This document shows, piece after piece, positions 1 through 13,775 of a stretch of DNA of 64,000 nt. Location: contig NC_042997.1 in the NCBI RefSeq assembly GCF_006345805.1, forward strand, positions 806,001 to 870,000. Direction: 5' to 3'. A program made the translations under genes and the position numbers. Each line of letters begins with the position of its first letter. The stretch's first letter is position 1. This stretch comes from Octopus sinensis (taxonomy: Eukaryota). The notes beneath the pieces are model-generated. The model was not told the DNA's origin. It saw only the letters and a program-made list of their open reading frames with translations, and searched no databases.

Positions 1-2
1 GT

Positions 3-105
3 ATTTATATAGATTGTGTTAGAAGTGAAAAATAATATGTGGCGCTGCATTATTTAATTACACCAGCGCTTCGTTGTGATGGTCATGTTATATTTAGCAG
101 ACACT
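3..105 (+). repeat. Dispersed repeat fragment, second copy at ~10621-10725
   Basis: ATTTATATAGATTGTGTTAGAA-TGAAAAA...TGCATTATTTAATTACACCAGCGCT-CGTTGT-ATGG-CATGT occurs at both loci. Confidence 0.75.
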
Positions 106-1089
106 ACATATTTTTGTATATTCCATATATAATATAAATGCAGTTATAGAGACTGTGAAATAATTTGACCCCCTATTTTATTTGCTTGCAATTTATATAC
201 ATACATACAAATGCGTGCGCACGCACACCTACACACTCAAACACATACACGCATACACTCACATATGTATATATGCAGATATAACCAGGCCTATTTCTAG
301 CATTTCACTAATTTGATTACTATTCTCACACATTCTTTCCTTCCACCTCTGATGTGATTACATCTAATTTATTCTAAACATGATCTTTTATATATTGTCC
401 TAGTGGCACTGCTGTCGCAATCTTCATTTATTTCATTAGAACTGGTGTTCATCACCCGTCTGAACTCACCTAAATATTTCTACAAACTGTACTGCCCTCT
501 GTCTCATTTATTTCCTTCTACATCACTTACCCCTTACACTAATGACAATACCCGTTCCTCCTCTCGCCATAGGTGTGTCAACCTTTCACCTCTTTCAATT
601 TTCATTCGTCTTCTTATAAGCATGTTATTAGTCTCTATATCACCCCTCTCCGAAGGAAAACTGTCAGAAATATTAGACTTTTCATTCCTTGCGCCTTATT
701 AACTCATTGGCCTCTTTTTGTTTTTCCCCATAAGCATTTGTCTACAACCTTGTTTTTCAGATATATTAATTTCACACGTAAGACATGCACCAATCGCTTA
801 TGATTTGTTTGCCTTTGTTTACTCTGCGCATATCTCTACATGGAAAAAACAAGATGTGTTGGCTTTCTGAGGTACATCTAGTGTAATTAGTCATACGGAA
901 CAGTCGTATTGTCTTGAGCTCTTGTAAGAACTTCATGTCATTTCGACTCTTAACAAACTTTATGTACACAATTGAATTTTATCTCGACTAACCTACAACA
1001 TAACTTTATGAATTGCACGTACTAAAGAGCACACCGAACTAAATATTGCTTATATATATTCTACTAATGCCTAGGTATATTACCTAGGC

Positions 1090-1322
1090 CAGAGGTTTTC
1101 AACCGGATTCCATATAAGATTTTATCGTTAAAAATTATGTGCAATAAATTGGAAATACGTCTATGAGACAACTTATTTTAAGACTTTTTTTATACAATGT
1201 TTAATAATATTTAATTATATAAATATAATATGATTTTTAAAAACATGGAATGACTACCAAGGCTCTCTGATTAAAAGAGGAATCAAAGGGATCCATAACC
1301 AAAAAATGGTTGAGAAACACTA
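1090..1322 (+). mobile_element. hAT-type MITE, degenerate copy
   Basis: Ends CAGAGGTTTTCAACC ... GGTTGAGAAACACTA; internal sequence similar to the copy at 9237-9491. Confidence 0.7.
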
Positions 1323-1699
1323 ATTTAGATCACCAAAATATACATAATTAGAATTTTCGATTTTACCTGATGGTAGCACGCAAGTGAAAATAAATTCATT
1401 TTTACTGCACAAAATGTCAAATAGACAGAATATGATGCGCGTGGGCTTGATTCGTCTCTTTACAATTCAAATATCGCACAGAAATTGAAAGCTTTTTTCT
1501 AGTGTAGGAGTCTGTCACGTAAGTCGTAAAAGCAGCATACAAGAATCAGGTCATTCGAAAATAAACATATTCTGTAATCACTGGACTCGTAATTGTGTCT
1601 GACTATGTTAAGCGTTAGACAATATATTCTCCTTCAATAATTTGTTTATTCAAAACACCCTACTGTATTTCACAGCACGTATGTATGTACGTATCTTTA

Positions 1700-2121
<422 letters not shown>

Positions 2122-2564
2122 TAAATCCCTCTATCTATATTCATATATTTCTACGTATATGCATGCAAGGAATATAAAATTAAAAAGATAGAAAAAAAAC
2201 TCCAAACACTATTACTCTTATGCAGGACATAGCTGATTAGATGAAAACAGTGTGTAGCTTTTCACTAATCATCGTATAGCAATTGATTCTTCAGCAGCAT
2301 CTATTTAGTGATCACCTACTGTCTCTGGTCGGTGTCTGTCTAGCTAGTTAGTGGAAGATATAACTATGATGTCACTATGATGTCATTACAAGTTGTGTTT
2401 ACTCAGGTTCTCTCCATTAAAATCATCGCGCTGTAGTTATGCATTCAGATCTATCTACAGCGTTTGGCTTTTAGCTGTTGTTCATGCGTGTACACACGTG
2501 CGAATTCACATCCACACAATATATTTATCGGTAAATATTGGTAGGTGTATATGTGTATATAATA

Positions 2565-2568
2565 TATA

Positions 2569-2602
<34 letters not shown>

Positions 2603-2604
2603 TT

Positions 2605-2647
<43 letters not shown>

Positions 2648-2819
2648 GTAAATGCACATGTATACATGCATATGTCTACAAATCATGGAAACTGAACACA
2701 TTTGAGTTGTTCCTATCTTTCCTATTACATTATATCCCGTTTTCCGCAACAGTGTCCATATAAATATCATTATAAGTCTCAAAACTTTCCCATGTTTATA
2801 TATATACACACATACATGA

Positions 2820-2860
<41 letters not shown>
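2565..2860. repeat. (TA)n/(TG)n microsatellite cluster
   Basis: Direct reading. Confidence 0.9.
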
Positions 2861-2864
<4 letters not shown>

Positions 2865-2952
2865 CTTCATAAATTTCTATATTCTTCAGTCATTTCTACG
2901 AACGTCTAACTGCGACAAATACGACAATGCTGGGAAAACTAGAGAAAAAATA

Positions 2953-3346
2953 TTCTTTTATTCTTTTATTTGTTTCAGTAATTTGACTGCGGTCATGCTG
3001 GTAACCGCCTTAAGGCTTGTAGTCGAAGACATCGACCGTAGGATTTATTTTTTGTAAGCGTAGTACTTATTCTATCGGTCTCTTTTGTCGAACCGCTAGG
3101 TTATGGGGACACCAACATCGATTGTCAAGCGATGACAGGGGGGAAATACGCGCATATAAATACACACACAAACACACATACCATATACAATGGGCTTGTT
3201 TCAGTTTCCGTGTAACAAATCCACTCACAAGGCTTTCGACGTTCTGAGGCTATAGTAGAAGACATCTGCCCAATGTGCCACGCAGTAGGATTGCACCCGG
3301 AACGATGTGGTTTGGAAGCAAGCTTCTTACACCCACGCTTCCGCTG
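2953..3346 (-). mobile_element. tRNA-derived SINE, same family as 51304-51690
   Basis: Reverse complement aligns along its length to the + copy at 51304-51690 (head, central CA/TG tract, tail GCATGACCGCAGTCAAATTACTGAAAC). Confidence 0.9.
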
Positions 3347-3356
3347 ATATATATAT

Positions 3357-3410
<54 letters not shown>

Positions 3411-3536
3411 TATATATGCATATATATATATATGCGTGTGTGTGTGTGACATTGTGAATTTCTATTTCTATTTACTACCGACTCTTCCCAATATATATAT
3501 ATATGTATGTAGTATATATATATATATATATATATA

Positions 3537-3597
<61 letters not shown>

Positions 3598-3862
3598 TGT
3601 CTGTGTGTGTATGTGTCTGTGTGTGTGTATTCATATATAGACACATATATAAACGCACACGTACAGGTAGGTAATAAAAAAGACCAGAAGAAAGTAGCAT
3701 TTAAAACATACTTGCAGGGTTGCAAGATTTTCCTACGGAAATTGAAAGAATACTGTTGTATTTATACATGTATATATGTTTATATATATATATATCTATA
3801 TATATATATATATTATATATATATATATATATAATATATATATATATCTATATATATATATA

Positions 3863-3899
<37 letters not shown>

Positions 3900-3910
3900 A
3901 TATATATATA

Positions 3911-3988
<78 letters not shown>

Positions 3989-3990
3989 CA
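3347..3990. repeat. (TA)n/(TG)n microsatellite cluster
   Basis: Direct reading. Confidence 0.95.
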
Positions 3991-4007
3991 ACAGCATTCT
4001 TTCAGTT

Positions 4008-4290
4008 TCAGGTGCAATGGCCCACTGGTTAGGGCAGCGGACTCGCGGTCGTAGGATCGCGGTTTCGATTACCAGACCGGGCATTGTGAGTGTTTATTGA
4101 GCGAAAACACCTAAAGATCCACGACGCTCCGGCAGGGGGTGGGGTGGCGATCCCTGCTGTACTCTTTGTTCTGTTGGCCTGCTCGCTTAGCCAGCGGGGT
4201 GGCATCATTTGAAGGTTAAAACAATGCGAAGCGCATTATGACCAGCGATGTGTCGCAACATCTGATAGCCTGGTCGATCACGGTGATCGA
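4008..4290 (+). mobile_element. tRNA-derived SINE (distinct family)
   Basis: A-box-like TGGCCCACTGG and B-box-like GGTTTCGATTACC, followed by a non-tRNA GC-rich body. Confidence 0.75.
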
Positions 4291-4772
4291 CCGTATATAT
4301 GAGTGTGCTTATCTATGTGTATGTTTGTACCTTTGTATTTGCCCCACACTGCATGACGATTAGTGTCGTTTTCTTTACGTTCCGTAACTTAGCTACTCAT
4401 CGAAAAGCGTCTGACAGTATGAATACAAAACTTTGAAATAAAGCAATTGGGTTGATTGGTTCGACTAGACACTTCAAGACGATGTCACTGCATACCTGCA
4501 TTCTAATATGGGAAGCATGTAGCAGATAACTGAAAAAACACGTGCGCGCGCACGTACTTCCACACACTTATATATAAGTATAGTATGTAAGTGTGTGTGT
4601 GTCCTAAGACATGGTTCACTCGAAACGTTTCTGAAGATAATATTATTACATAAACTATTGTTTATTCGTACTACATGTAAATATACTCAAGCCTACGCGT
4701 GTGTATGTTCCTTTTACTTATGTGTCTGTCTGTGTCTGTGTGAGTGTGTGTGCGCATGTATATATGTATGCA

Positions 4773-4852
<80 letters not shown>

Positions 4853-5224
4853 GGCAAATAAGAAAACGGAGATGATATAAAATCGACAGACATCAGTCGA
4901 GGGCTGAAAATTTATATGTAAAATGCCAGTTAGTAGGTGTAGCGTTCCAGAGGGTATGGAATAATCAACTTATAATGAACCCATCTTAGGAAATTTGATA
5001 CATCAGTGTATAAAGTGGGGCCCAATAGCGATGTTAGTGTTCGTGCCGGTCCATAGCAACAAATCCACCGCTAAATTTCTATGGAAACTCATGGATTATA
5101 TAATATATTATGGGAAGTCTGTACCTTATTTCCCCTTGTTATGACCAAATCATTGTACAATGCGTTACTCCACTTATACTCTTGAGTTTGCTCTTACTCT
5201 TATCCTTATTCTTATTCTCCTCTG

Positions 5225-5570
5225 TTTAAAAGGATAAATTTAAAAGGATAAACACACCTTAGCTATTACAGTTTTATATTGAAGACATAAGGAATTATGT
5301 ACATTATTTAGATTATTTACATTTGGCGGATATTTATCCTCATATTGCTTGTTGTTAACACAACGTTTCGGCTAATATACACCCCAGCCTTAATGAGAAC
5401 TTGGGTTCTCATTTCTAAGGTATTTTTCAATGTTATGGAACCCTCATCGTCGTAACCAAAGGATTGCCACGATTGCGACTATTATTCAGTTAATGCCTGG
5501 AATCGAACTCGTAATCTTGGGGTCTTAATCACTACGCCATATGCACACGGGCATATGGCGTAGTGGTTAA
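5225..5570 (-). mobile_element. Element with tRNA-like head in a hairpin and a PLE-type tail with a degenerate hammerhead-like motif
   Basis: Minus strand carries A box TGGCGTAGTGA, B box GAGTTCGATTC, and GGCTG-N10-TAGCC-GAAA-CGTT at 5400-5362; 20-bp inverted repeat 5525-5544/5551-5570. Confidence 0.6.
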
Positions 5571-5605
5571 CGGCGTGCCAAAGATTCTTCCAGCTCGCCG
5601 CCTGA

Positions 5606-5645
5606 TGTAATAATAGTAGTGATAATAATAATAATAATAATAATG

Positions 5646-5721
<76 letters not shown>
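5606..5721. repeat. (TAA)n tract abutting the 5' end of the R4/Dong relic
   Basis: Direct reading. Confidence 0.95.
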
Positions 5722-5722
<1 letters not shown>

Positions 5723-8100
5723 GACAATCAACGCTAGTGAGCAACGAAAAGAAAACAAAAATACTCCGCAAATACAACATCACAGAAAAAGATTTACCTG
5801 AGATAAAAGAAAAGCTAAAGCAAGATACCCTTGCCAAAGCACAAAGGATCCGCCGGTACGAGAAACGTCAGCGCTTCTTTGAACAGAACAAAAAGTTCAA
5901 CTCCAACCCCAAAAAGTTCTACCAAGAACTTGGCAAAAATAAAATAGAAATCACTGCAGCACCAACGGCAGAAGAAGTGGGAGAATTCTGGAGAGAAATA
6001 TGGTCGGCGAACGAACAACAAAAAAAAAAGAAGTATTAAAACAACAAACTAGGCATCTGAGCAACTCTGGATCCCCATAACAACTGAAGAGGTCACCCAG
6101 GCACTGCAAGGACTAAGCAACTGGAAGGCACCTGGGCATGACAAGATCCCCAACTTCTGGTTGAAATATCTAACAGGAATGCACAAAAAGCTGGCTGAAA
6201 ACTTTAACAACATACTAGCAGAGCCAGAGACAATGCCTGAATTGCTCACGAAGGGGAAAACCATCTTAATTCCCATATCAAATGAGACAGCAAAACCAGA
6301 ATACTACAAACCAATAACCTGCCTCCCTACAATGTACAAGGCATTTACTGCAGTGATATCGCAAAGGTTGAACAAGCACCTGGACGAAAACTACCTGTTT
6401 CCAGAAGCGCAGAAAGGATGCCGCAAAGGCTCATATGGCTGTAAAGATCAACTAATGGTTAATAAAGCCATAACTGAAGACAGCCACATAAAGAAGAAAG
6501 GCCTCAGTATGGCCTAGATCGACTACAAAAAGGCGTTTGATAGCATCCCCCACACATGGATCCTCGAAACACTAGCCATTAACAAAGTAGCACCAACAAT
6601 TATAAAATTCATAGGATACTCTATGAATAAATGGCAAACAGTGCTACAGCTCCAAACTAAAGAGGGACTCATGAAAACCAAAGCCATCCACATTAGAAGA
6701 GGAATATTTCAAGGAGACACGCTCTCTCCACTCCTTTTCTGCTTGGCACTGTCACCTCTATCTGATATGCTAAATAGAACTGGATGCGGATATACATGTA
6801 CGGCAAAAAGATCAGCCACCTTTTATATATGGATGACCTAAAACTATACGCTGCAAATGAAAAACAGCTGGAAACGCTATTAAAGACAGTTCATGGATTT
6901 ACCAAAGAAATATATATGAAATTGGATTAGAAAAATGCTCCAAAGTAGCCATGAAAAGAGTAAAACTAGTTAAGAGTAGCAACATCACACTAGATAAAAC
7001 CAATGAAATGAAAGAATTAGACTAAAGCCAAACTTACAAATACTTAGGAATCCATGAACTAGATAAGACACAACACACACAAATGAAAGAGAAAATAAAA
7101 AAAGAATATTATAGACGAGTTAGATCAATACTAAAAACAGAGCTCAATGCTAAAAACAAGATAATAGGTATTAACACTTTAGCTGTCCCAGTTATAATTT
7201 ACAGCTACAATATCCTTAACTGGACACTAAATGAACTGACTAAAATAGATAGGAAAACAAGAAAAATAATGACAAGATCTAGGAGGCATCACCCAAAATC
7301 TGACATAGAAAGACAATATATACAACGTATAGAAGGTGGTAGAGGCCTTATACAGCTGGAAAACTACTATAAAATAACCACCATAGGACTGCAAAAATAT
7401 CTACCTCAGAAATAAGGAAAAAATAGCAGCGAAACACGAGCAGAAATTACCAAAAGCATGTAATGAAAAGAAATATAACAAGTAACTGCAGAATATGTGG
7501 AGATGGACAAGAAACAATAAATCATATTATCTCTGGCTGCCCACCCCTGGCTAAGAAGGAATATATTCACAGACATGACAGAGTTGGAACCTACATATAC
7601 TGGAAGCTATGCCAACACTATGGAATAACAACAGAAAAAAGATGGAATAGGCACACACCAGAAAATGTCACAGAAAACGAGAAAGCAACCATACTCTGGG
7701 ATATGCCGATACACACATATAGAGAAATTAAGGCCAGCAGACCAGATATAGTTGTCAGAGATCATCAAGAAAAAAATGCTTTCTAATTGATGTATCAATA
7801 CCGGCAGATGACAACGTGTCTCTAAAAGAAATGGAGAAACTTTCAAAATACAAAGACCTGGAAATAGAGGTAACCAGAATGTGGAATCTAAAAACAGAAA
7901 CAATTCCTATCATAGTAGGTGCATTAGGCATGATAAAAAAAATATTCAGACAAATACATAGCAAAAACACCAGGACTTACAAACACATATAACATACAGA
8001 AAATTGCACTACTAGGCACTGCACACATCCTACGCAGAACACTTTTCATACAATAACCATCAGAGCATCACAACAAATCACAGCACTACCCAAGGCACAC
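5722..8100 (+). mobile_element. R4/Dong-clade non-LTR retrotransposon, 5'-truncated and decayed (RT, CCHC, restriction-like endonuclease)
   Basis: NWKAPGHDKIPNFW; QKGCRKG; DYKKAFDS; GIFQGDTLSPLLF; YMDD at 6826-6837; GGRGL; CRICG..ETINHIISGC; RHD; RPDIVV..LIDVSIP..EKLSKY; stop 8054-8056; premature stop at 6515, frameshifts and internal deletions. Confidence 0.92.
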
Positions 8101-8759
8101 ACACATATATATATATGATATAATAGATAAATATATATTTAGATATATGTTTGTATGTATATACATGTGTATGTGGGTATATAGCAGGCCCTTATGTTAG
8201 TTCTGAGATATAATGACCAGAATACTTCTTTATATAACTATAACTAGACGCACAGAACATATAACCAACTAAGGTGCTTAATACATGAACTGAATATACG
8301 ATAATGTATCTAATGACTATGGTTATGTGTACGCTAGTGTGTGCATGTATATATGTGTGTGCGTATGTGCGTGTGCATGAGAGTATATATATATGTATGT
8401 ATTTGAGTATATTTTATAAGAAAATAATTTCACTTCATTTGATGAATAATTAACTTCAATCTCTATTATGGTAAGCCGTGTCTGATTTTTTAATATTCAA
8501 ATTTTCAACTTAGAATTTCGATGTAAAGATTTACACTCAATGGGACTGATTTACATTTGCAGTCGTAGGTGTTTTAATAATTGTGTTTTATCTGCAGTTT
8601 TGTCTTTAGAAACTTCCGAAGTTTAAAATACCGTTATTTTTCTACGTGCTTACTGATGAAGGCGAGGCATACTTTATATTTTTATTCTCATAAACAATCC
8701 TTAAACATCGCTATACTCAGGGAATCAGCTACAGAATATCCTATTTCTCGATACAAAGA

Positions 8760-8955
8760 CGGTGGGCTGGCAGAATCGTTAGTACGCCGGGCGAAATGCT
8801 TAGCATCACACGTTCAAATTCCAACGAGTTCGGCTTCGCCTGTCATCAGTTCATTGTCGATAAAATAAGTACCAGTTGAGTACTGGAATTGAAGTAATCG
8901 ACTTACTCATCCCACGAAATTGCTGATCTTGTGCCAAAATTTGAAATCACTATTT
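8760..8955 (+). mobile_element. tRNA-derived SINE (GGCGAGCTGGCAGAA-head family, Nin-domain-like body), old tail type
   Basis: Head GGTGGGCTGGCAGAATCGTTAG, body GTCGATAAAATAAGTACCAGTTG, tail CTTGTGCC. Confidence 0.8.
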
Positions 8956-9236
8956 CACAATACAATTATGTGTTTCTGAATGAGGAATTTTCTTTTACAT
9001 TATGTTTTAGTAGAGATGGTGTCCTCATTGGCTGCTGCTTTCACTAGGTTTCGGCTAAGTACACTCCACGTAGTGAAAGCAACAACCAAGATGGGGAAAT
9101 CACTTCGACTTACACATCACATTCAAATACCTCATCTAATAAATATGGAGTTGTATTATCCAGTCGGTACGGAACCGACACAAAGTATCAATGGAGATCT
9201 ATAGGCCTTAAAAATGCACTCTGAGACTATCTACGT

Positions 9237-9491
9237 CAGTGGTCCTCAACCGGGATCCATATGGCCCTTGCGGTGTCCATATAAGATTTTGTTAAAATTT
9301 AAACGCAATAAATCAGTTATAGTTCTAAAATACACAAAATATTTTTACAGTTTTTAATATAATTCCTAATAATGTTTAATCATAAAAATATAATTGGAGA
9401 TTTTAGATATTGAATGACTATAAGAATCCCCACCATTGAGTAAAATAGGAATCAAAGATGTCCATAGGCAAAACATGGTTGAGAACCACTG
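9237..9491 (+). mobile_element. hAT (Charlie-like) MITE
   Basis: 15-bp TIR CAGTGGTCCTCAACC / GGTTGAGAACCACTG (14/15); flanking 8-mers ATCTACGT / ATCAACGG (6/8) as a decayed 8-bp TSD. Confidence 0.88.
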
Positions 9492-10129
9492 ATCAACGGA
9501 GATGGCACGGTGGATAAAGGCGTTAGTCAATGCAGTGCAGTCACTTTGTAGTCTTGATTTCAATCCCAGTTTAGGCACTGAGGTGACTCACAAGGCACCT
9601 GAAGAAGACATTAACGTACAAGAGGAAACGTAATGAAAGAAAACAATCAGGATTAGAAGATCACTCGGGCAAATACATAATAAATATTTCTCAAAATGCG
9701 CTTTGATTTCTTTGCATTAATTACATATTCCATCATATATGTCTGAAGGTGACGCGTTGTGGTATTCTATTAACTGTTATATAGGGTGCCAGAGAAAAAT
9801 AGCTAAAATATATTATCAATACAACTATGTGCAGGTTCTCTAAGTCTGACAAACATCACCTTGTCTCCAATCTTTCTAGCGTCTATGAAAGGAAGTAGCT
9901 GTCAGGTAATGGAGGCGAATGAATCGACGGCGCCAATCCCCACATATTTTTAGCCTTCTTCTGCTATTTCGGAAACGCAGTCATTTATCTTTCACCTTCC
10001 GATTTGCATCTAGTCTTTCCCAATCAGGGCTGCAACTTTATTTGTCCATTTCCTCTATGTTGTCATACTTTTAGATGGTTGGCTTGCGCTTAAACGCAAA
10101 AGAGATGGTAGAAATATGCATCATGTTTG

Positions 10130-10165
10130 TCTAGAGTGCTAACGAATCTGCCAGCTCACCGCCTC

Positions 10166-10218
<53 letters not shown>

Positions 10219-10262
10219 ATTATTTTTATTGTTGTTGTTGTTGTTGTTGGTAGTGGTGGTGG
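10130..10262 (-). repeat. SINE head fragment followed by (ATT)n/(GTT)n/(GGT)n tract
   Basis: GTGCTAACGAATCTGCCAGCTCACCGCCT is the reverse complement of the SINE head. Confidence 0.75.
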
Positions 10263-10267
10263 TGTTG

Positions 10268-10500
10268 ATATCTGCCCAACATGGGCGCAGTACGACGAAA
10301 CCGTTCTGCACGCCCTCATCCAGTGCCCGAGCATTGTCGCTGCCTCGTGTAGAATGGATCAGGCCATCAGCTGAATCCATAAGGAAGATTGTCCCGCTGC
10401 CCTCCTTTGGTCTGGAGAGGGGCAGGCAATTTTTATTTGTTTGGTGGCTGCAGCGAAAGTGAGAGTAAGCTGGACTCGTTTGAAAGGGCTAAAATCAGAC
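10268..10500 (+). mobile_element. Tx1-like LINE ORF2 C-terminal relic
   Basis: Translates ICPTWAQYDETVLHALIQCPSI...RPSAESIRKIVP...AAAKVRVSWTRLKGLK, matching CPRC..ETVPHAIVQCPEI..RLSTESIIKIDP..AIAKEAVWNTRIKGIK of the 23-28 kb LINE. Confidence 0.8.
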
Positions 10501-12879
10501 ACTTACGTCTTTAAAAAACTCCTTTAAAAAACCAGTCCGTTAGCTTTCTTTTATTTTATACGATTCTACGCTAAAGCTATGGCCATGCTAGAGCACAGCC
10601 GGTGGGCGCACCGGAGATTTTATTTATATAGATTGTGTTAGAACTGAAAAAATAATAAGTGCCTATGCATTATTTAATTACACCAGCGCTCCGTTGTAAT
10701 GGACATGTAATATTTTGCACAAAAAACACAAACACTGCCTAGCACTCTACACAGGAAAGCAAAATAAAAATGCAAAACACTGATAAAAGAAGTACTCATC
10801 ATAAGTTGCAATTTTAAATTAAGAGCCCGAAAATCTATACAAGTAACCAGCAAAAGTAAATATATACGTAAAAATTTATAAAAATAATTTTCAATTATTA
10901 AAATCTCTGCATTAAAGTCCACACTTATCACGTGGGCCCTGCCTACTACAAGGATGCATCAACACCCTCCGATATAACTTCGTCTATGAATGTCGAGAAA
11001 AGTGAATGGTGAATCTACAAACAATGTGTAAGGAATACATTGTACATATGATAACATACAGATTTTCTCGTAAGAATAAATTAGTATACAACATAGGCAT
11101 GTTTTCAATATATGCCTCAAAGATCAAGTGTTTCCTATACACACAAACACACACACACACACGATTACGTGTATTTGAGTGTGTGTGTTGTGAATACACA
11201 TACATGAATATACATATATATATTTCTGCGAGTGTATATATACATACATACACATATACATATGTATACATATATGTGTGTGTGTAGATGACCTTTGTGA
11301 AGAGTTAATGAGTTCTTTTTCACTAATTTACCACTAAAATATTCAGTATTCATTCACTGATGATCACAAAAACGGTTCCTTACCTTCACTGTCTTCTGAC
11401 AGCAATTACTGTTTCATTGAATTAATGTAGAATACTGAGATTAAATTTTTAAAAAAAACTCTCAAAAATGACTATTTTCTACTACGAACTATTTACGTAA
11501 CTCTTCTACTTAGTCATTCTAACTTTTTATAACCTTTTATAATTTTTTTTCCTTTCTAGTTCGAACTATCCACGTGAGATACGTTTGTATTTCTTCTTTG
11601 CCTATATTCCATTCGGTCTGGTTTTCTCTCTTTCGATGACAGACGTATAAAAAGCAAGATATTATTCCTCCTTCTGAGAATGTTTATCCTTTGTTCTCTC
11701 CGAAGCCCATCATTCTATTAAATATTCATTTTCTTCCTACTTCTACAAACTATTCGATTTCCATTTCTTATGCATTCTCTTTGAATTTTAGTTTTTTGCA
11801 CTAATTATAGACATACGCACTCTTTCTCCTTATATTTCGCTTCATAATACTCTCTCTCTCCTCTACAGTTCATTCAGTCTTCGAAGTATTTCTATATCCC
11901 CACCTACACAATCTCTCGGGTTTTCTATCGTTATGTATCCACGTATAAATGAAATGTTCACAAAATATTATATTTCATTTTGTTCTCTTTCGTTTCACAC
12001 CTCTTTTATCGCCCGTTTTCTCATAACCACGTAGACTTTAACACATATCTCCTTTCTCACGGCACAAATGCGCATACACATTCATGAACACCTGTACTCA
12101 ATCTTCTCCAAACGCAAAATTAACGTGACCATAATAATATACACCTACGCAATGGTTCCCACGTGTCATTTGTTTAGATAATTCTTTCGAATTACTGTAC
12201 TTCTACATTTGACTATTCTGAGACATAATCCGATGCCTGATATCGTTATTTTTGCTATCTCCACATCAGTCAAACAACTTCAATTCTACTAGTGTATTGA
12301 TCAAAGATGCTAGGGAAATTTATACTATTGAGCAATTGAATCCAAAACACATACATGATTATAGAAAAATTGCTCTTGAGAAACATATGTTCGTCAACAT
12401 GTTATCTTATGTTGGGCCTTCAACATACTTCTCTAAAAGTCCCTACTGATTTACAGAACCCTCCTCAACTATATCCCAATGATTGTTATCAACAAATATA
12501 TCGAGCACTCAATTGTTCGAAAACTTTTCTGTTAGTGAGACATTGATAGAGCATCTTCCAATCCGTTCCCACTGCAAGAACCAACAGCTTAATTATTTTG
12601 ATAATCAGCAATAGAAAATCTTGATATACTATTAATGTTGTGCTAAATAAAATATGTCTGAAACAAAAATACAGATGGTCATGCTGGCGCACCTCTGGTT
12701 ATAGGCTGAATGATACATAGTTTGGTTGAAACTTAGTTGGAGAAAGACTTCACTAAAAATAAAAAAATAACAAAGTAATTTGTACTATGGTCAACATTAA
12801 TCTACAAACCTGTAATTTAGACTTTCATAAGCATCCGTAACTTTCATGAATTCCCGATCTTCGAAAATCAATGTAATAC

Positions 12880-13640
12880 AGACTGTGTGATAAAAAATGG
12901 AGCTGACCCAAAATGCCGATTCTGTAACGATGAGATTGAAACAATAGACCACCTAATCTCAGGGTTTAGAGTCTTAGCACCTGCATAATATAAAGCAAGA
13001 CATGACAGAGTCGGCCAGTATTTACATTGGACAATATATCGGTATTATAAAATCAAAACCGCTGACAAATGGTATAAACACCATCCTGAAGCTGTGACTG
13101 AGGGATAAAATGTGTCGATTCTATAGGACTTCCCCGTACAGACCGACAAGACTATAAAAGCTAATAAACCGGATATTATTATAAAATATCAGACAAAAGA
13201 GAAGTGTTTATTAATTGACATGAGTATCCCTTGCGATCACAATATAGCGGCGAAAGAATTTGACAATATTAGTAAATATATAGAAATTGAAAAAATGTGG
13301 CATCTCAAGGCGTCTACAGTACCAGTAATTGTAGGATTTCTAGTAGTGATAAAAAAAAGGTACTGAAACCTATTTGAAAATGATTCCAGGCTTACTATCC
13401 CTACAGGAAGTGCAAAAAATCGTATTAACTGGAACGGCTCATGTACTGAGAAGAGCATTATCGCTGTGAAAAAAAACATCCATCCATGAATTTATTTATT
13501 TATTAATAATTAAATACATATTTTATCTGTAAATTTGCGTGTGTAATCTGGGAATGCATACAATGAGCTTCTCTGCCCTGGTGTATGGAAAACACTCGGC
13601 GAGAAACGGGAGAAAAGTTGAAGAAAGAAGGAAAAAAAAC
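12880..13640 (+). mobile_element. R4/Dong-type 3' fragment (second family) with 3' UTR ending in (TAA)n
   Basis: DPKCRFCNDEIETIDHLISG; ARHDRVGQYLHW; KPDIII..LLIDMSIP; VPVIVG; GTAHVLRRAL; followed by a TAA tract. Confidence 0.85.
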
Positions 13641-13720
13641 ATAATAATAATAATAATAATAATAATGATAATAATAATAAAAATAATGATAATAATAATA
13701 ATAATAATAATAATAATCAT

Positions 13721-13771
<51 letters not shown>

Positions 13772-13775
<4 letters not shown>

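Noticed and set aside
4008-4085. Possible tRNA gene (also the heads at 5500-5570, 22978 and 51304)
   Set aside because: A and B boxes are present, but I could not complete a cloverleaf with an acceptor stem, and each continues into a repeat body; these are SINE heads.
10974-10986. ATAACTTCGT resembling a loxP half-site
   Set aside because: Only 10 bp match and there is no inverted second arm; this is expected by chance.
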